Positions 61,168-64,000 of a stretch of DNA of 64,000 nt are shown in pieces (positions within the stretch are counted from its first letter, which is position 1; every line of letters begins with the position of its first letter). A program made the position numbers and the translations under genes. The notes beneath the pieces were generated by a model. That model worked only from the letters and a program-made list of their open reading frames with translations. It was not told the DNA's origin and searched no databases. The stretch is from an uncultured Fibrobacterota bacterium (lineage in GTDB: Bacteria; Fibrobacterota; Chitinivibrionia; Chitinivibrionales; FEN-1185): assembly GCA_963753345.1 (NCBI GenBank), contig CAVWBU010000035.1, positions 1 through 64,000 of the forward strand. The letters run 5' to 3'.

Positions 61168-62752
61168 ATGAAAATCGTGAAAAAAAATCTCACTGCTTTA
61201 TGTATCATTTTGTCCGTGCAACAATTTTCAGGCGTATCGATGGCACAGGCTCCGGATTTCCCCTTCGGTACGGAGCAAAAAACCAATGTTACACCACTCG
61301 TGGCGCCCATCTTGTCAAACGAGTCATCGGAAAACTCGATAGATTCCTCACAATATTATGTCGGGAGCGGTGATGTCTTTCTTGTTTCGATTTTAGCCAT
61401 GAGCAATCGGCAGTTCAAGGCCGTAATTGATGACAATGGAGGCATAGTACTTCCCGATTTTGGTTTGGTAAAGCTGGGCAAGGTACCTTTACAAGCAGCT
61501 AAAAAGCATGATACGGGATCATGTTTCCAAAAAAATAAAAATAAAAAGCGACGTCTATGTCTCGCTTATTAAAGCCAAAGAGGTGACAGTAAACATCACC
61601 GGCGCAATAGCAAATCCGGGAACAATAAAAATTTCAGGTAAAATGCGGTTGCTGGATGCAATAAAGCAGTCAAATAATAATACACTTCCCTCTGTTAATG
61701 AGCTTAATTTCAGGTCGGTATCCGTTACAAGCGGGGATTCGACAAAAGTTTTTGATCTGTTACAATTCATTTTTAAAGGTAATACCCAGCAGAATCCATA
61801 TGTGTATCCCGGCGATAACGTTCAAATAAACCTAGCCACGTCACGAGTTTTTATTGGGGGTGCTCTAAAAAATACTACCCAAGGTCAAATCCCGATAAAG
61901 GAATACGAACATGCAATTGACTTTATTTCCATGTTTCAACTTGATGCTTCAGCTGATTCGTCAAAAATCATTATTAAAAGCGGGAAAGATATAAACACCC
62001 AAACTGTTACTGTGTTCGATAAAAAGGCAGCTGCAGAAATTATTCTTCATGATAATGATATAATTATGATTCCCCAAAAAGAAAATTATTCTCAGCAATT
62101 GCTGGTTTACGTCTCAGGAGGGGTGTCTGCACCAGGAGGGTATCCTATTTTAAAAAATCGCTCAACTCTTGATGATGTCATCCAAATGGCCGGAGGTCTC
62201 ACGGCATTGGCAAACAAAGAAAAAATAGTGATCATCAGGCGAAGTAAAACATTACGGAAACCTAATCAACCGGGGACGTCTGCTTAACCCAGTTCGGTGA
62301 GGCCGGAAATCACCACCGCAATCGTGAAAGCGAGCACCACAAATGATTTTTCCATTATCGCCCCCGGATCGGCGCACAATGAAATTTACCTTGAAAGGAA
62401 TGACGAAGTTATTGTGCCCAAGACGGAACGATACATTTACATAAGCGGTAATGTTGAAAATCCGGGAGCCTATGAATATGTCAAGGGTAAGGATTGGCGC
62501 TATTATATCCAAAAGGCCGGGGGATTTACTCCGAAGGCGGATAGGCGAAATACTTTTATTATTTCCACACTTAATGATGTTTACCAGATCAAAGATTTTT
62601 CCAGAATTAGTGAAGGTGACATTATTATTATTCCTGATTCGCAAGAGTCAAAGCGGTTCGTTACAATTCTTCTGCCGGTTTTTCAGGCAATTATAACAAC
62701 CATTTCGGTGGTGCTTGCCATTTATGCCACCTATGCCTCAACGCGTAAATAG
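61168..62752 (+). CDS. SLBB-domain polysaccharide export protein (Wza/KpsD-like), interrupted
   Basis: Y.VG.GD..I...G.I.LP..G, repeated 'V.G.V..PG.Y' and 'I..AGG.T..A'. Frameshift in an A-run at ~61505 and in-frame TAA at 62285-62287. Confidence 0.82.
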
Positions 62753-62835
62753 CATGCAATGAGCGTAAGCTGTTGTAGGGCGGGATATTTTTATCGCCAT
62801 TAAACCGCAAACCTTTTCGCCTATGACCAGTGCCT

Positions 62836-64000
62836 CTATCGCGATAGCGAAGGGACGGCTGGTAGTGTTCTCTTGTTAATTATCTCAAGAACGGGCTGAC
62901 CCTTTTGATCGTACTGCTTTCGCACGGTCTTCCACTGTTCAGGAAGGTCCCTTTCTCCTGTTCTCATCCATCCGAAAAACGCAAGCGGAACAAGCCCGTT
63001 CCATCCATTCGATTGTAAATTTCTGTTCCATCCGGTGAAAATAAGACCATCACACGAGCCGGCGTTCGTAGGACTTTGCACGATGTCGCACCAGGAACGC
63101 GCGCATTCTATTTCGTGCCTGATATGCCATGCATCCGAATCGAGAAGGTTGTCGATTGCCCGAAGGTCTTGAAGGGTGCCGTCCGTGGCGTAACAGACCG
63201 CGAAGTGGAAGCTGTTCATTGTGCAAAAGGAAATTGATGTCTGTATTTCGGCCGTATTTTTCACCATGAACGTACCGGGTTTTTCATGGCTCGGCATGTA
63301 ATCGTACACCCAAATGATCGGAATAATATTTTGCGGGCCGATAGTTTCCCTAAGGTAGCAAAGTGCGGAGGCGTCTTCATTTTTTTCAGCATAGTAGAAA
63401 TATCCCTCTCCAAAGGGCAGAATCATATCGGCCCAGAATACAATGGTGGTGCGGGATACGGAAGTGTCGCTTCCGTGGAATATCGCCCGGTATCTTTCTA
63501 TATTTTTTTTCATTATGGCACTATAATACTGGCCATTTGATAATGAATTATAAAACGTATTGTTAAGACCTTTCATGGAAACAGCGTCTTTTCTATACAC
63601 AAACACTTCATCACCGCCTAAAAGGAAATAGTCGGGTTCCTTATTGTCTAACCCCTGTTTAATAATTGTCAGCATTTCCTGTGCAATGAGATCCGAAGCG
63701 GGCGATAGCGGGTCGAGGGGCCATCTGGTGCAAGGTGCTCCGATACCCTCGTGTAAGGGTATAAAATGCCCTCGCATTCTTTGTAACTTTCCCTTAGGTT
63801 TTTTCTGATTAAGGTATGCCTGCATGATGAGGGGTGAGTCTGTTACGGTCTTTTGCATGTCTTTATCGCATATGTAGATTAATGTTGTGGACATATATTT
63901 TTCAAAAGGAAACAGGGAACAATACGTTACGAACTGCGGTGATTTTTCCCACTCCGGATAGGCCAACTCCTTAAGAGGGTCTAGCATGGTAACGCTGAAT
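62836..64000 (-). CDS. Glycoside hydrolase family 20-like protein (probably truncated by the window edge)
   Basis: 'YFLLGGDEV' resembles the GH20 H.GGDE catalytic motif; 'VFWADMI'; 'WVY'; 'FTGW'. Confidence 0.55.
   Translation of the reverse strand, partial: FSVTMLDPLKELAYPEWEKSPQFVTYCSLFPFEKYMSTTLIYICDKDMQKTVTDSPLIMQAYLNQKKPKGKLQRMRGHFIPLHEGIGAPCTRWPLDPLSPASDLIAQEMLTIIKQGLDNKEPDYFLLGGDEVFVYRKDAVSMKGLNNTFYNSLSNGQYYSAIMKKNIERYRAIFHGSDTSVSRTTIVFWADMILPFGEGYFYYAEKNEDASALCYLRETIGPQNIIPIIWVYDYMPSHEKPGTFMVKNTAEIQTSISFCTMNSFHFAVCYATDGTLQDLRAIDNLLDSDAWHIRHEIECARSWCDIVQSPTNAGSCDGLIFTGWNRNLQSNGWNGLVPLAFFGWMRTGERDLPEQWKTVRKQYDQKGQPVLEIINKRTLPAVPSLSR

Noticed and set aside
52409-63200. DGR template/variable repeat pair
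   Set aside because: Mismatches are not restricted to adenines (G/C and C/T changes occur in both copies), and no reverse transcriptase or Avd gene is present.

Overview
Bacterial genomic window. Gene content, such as secreted proteins ending in FlgD-Ig/T9SS-like C-terminal domains, suggests Fibrobacterota (Chitinivibrionia-like), but this is only an inference. From left to right: (1) 1-4870 is an AT-richer accessory island abutting the 3' end of tRNA-Arg(TCT). It carries small and secreted genes and two promoter-driven, highly structured candidate ncRNAs, one with a pentamer-repeat tract. (2) tRNA-Arg and tRNA-Pro. (3) A minus-strand ABC transporter cluster (winged-HTH regulator, BcrAB-like, LolCDE-like, LolA-like, outer-membrane protein) peppered with REP/MITE-like repeats and a DUF559 gene flanked by inverted repeats. 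(4) tRNA-Ser, an NtrC-type activator, a sigma-54 promoter and three secreted proteins, including a ~2550-aa PATR/Ig/Fn3 protein. (5) A core block: radical SAM, DUF4175-like, DUF4159, secF, secD, response regulator, beta-CASP hydrolase, outer-membrane protein. (6) A ~24 kb surface-polysaccharide region (glycosyltransferases, Wzx, Wzy/WaaL, Wzz, Wza-like, radical SAMs, methyltransferases, GH20-like). It contains two integron attC sites with no integrase, a degenerate IS5-family element and relics of duplicated genes. Several single-base frameshifts in otherwise intact genes may be assembly errors. All family assignments come from recognising motifs by eye; no searches were run.
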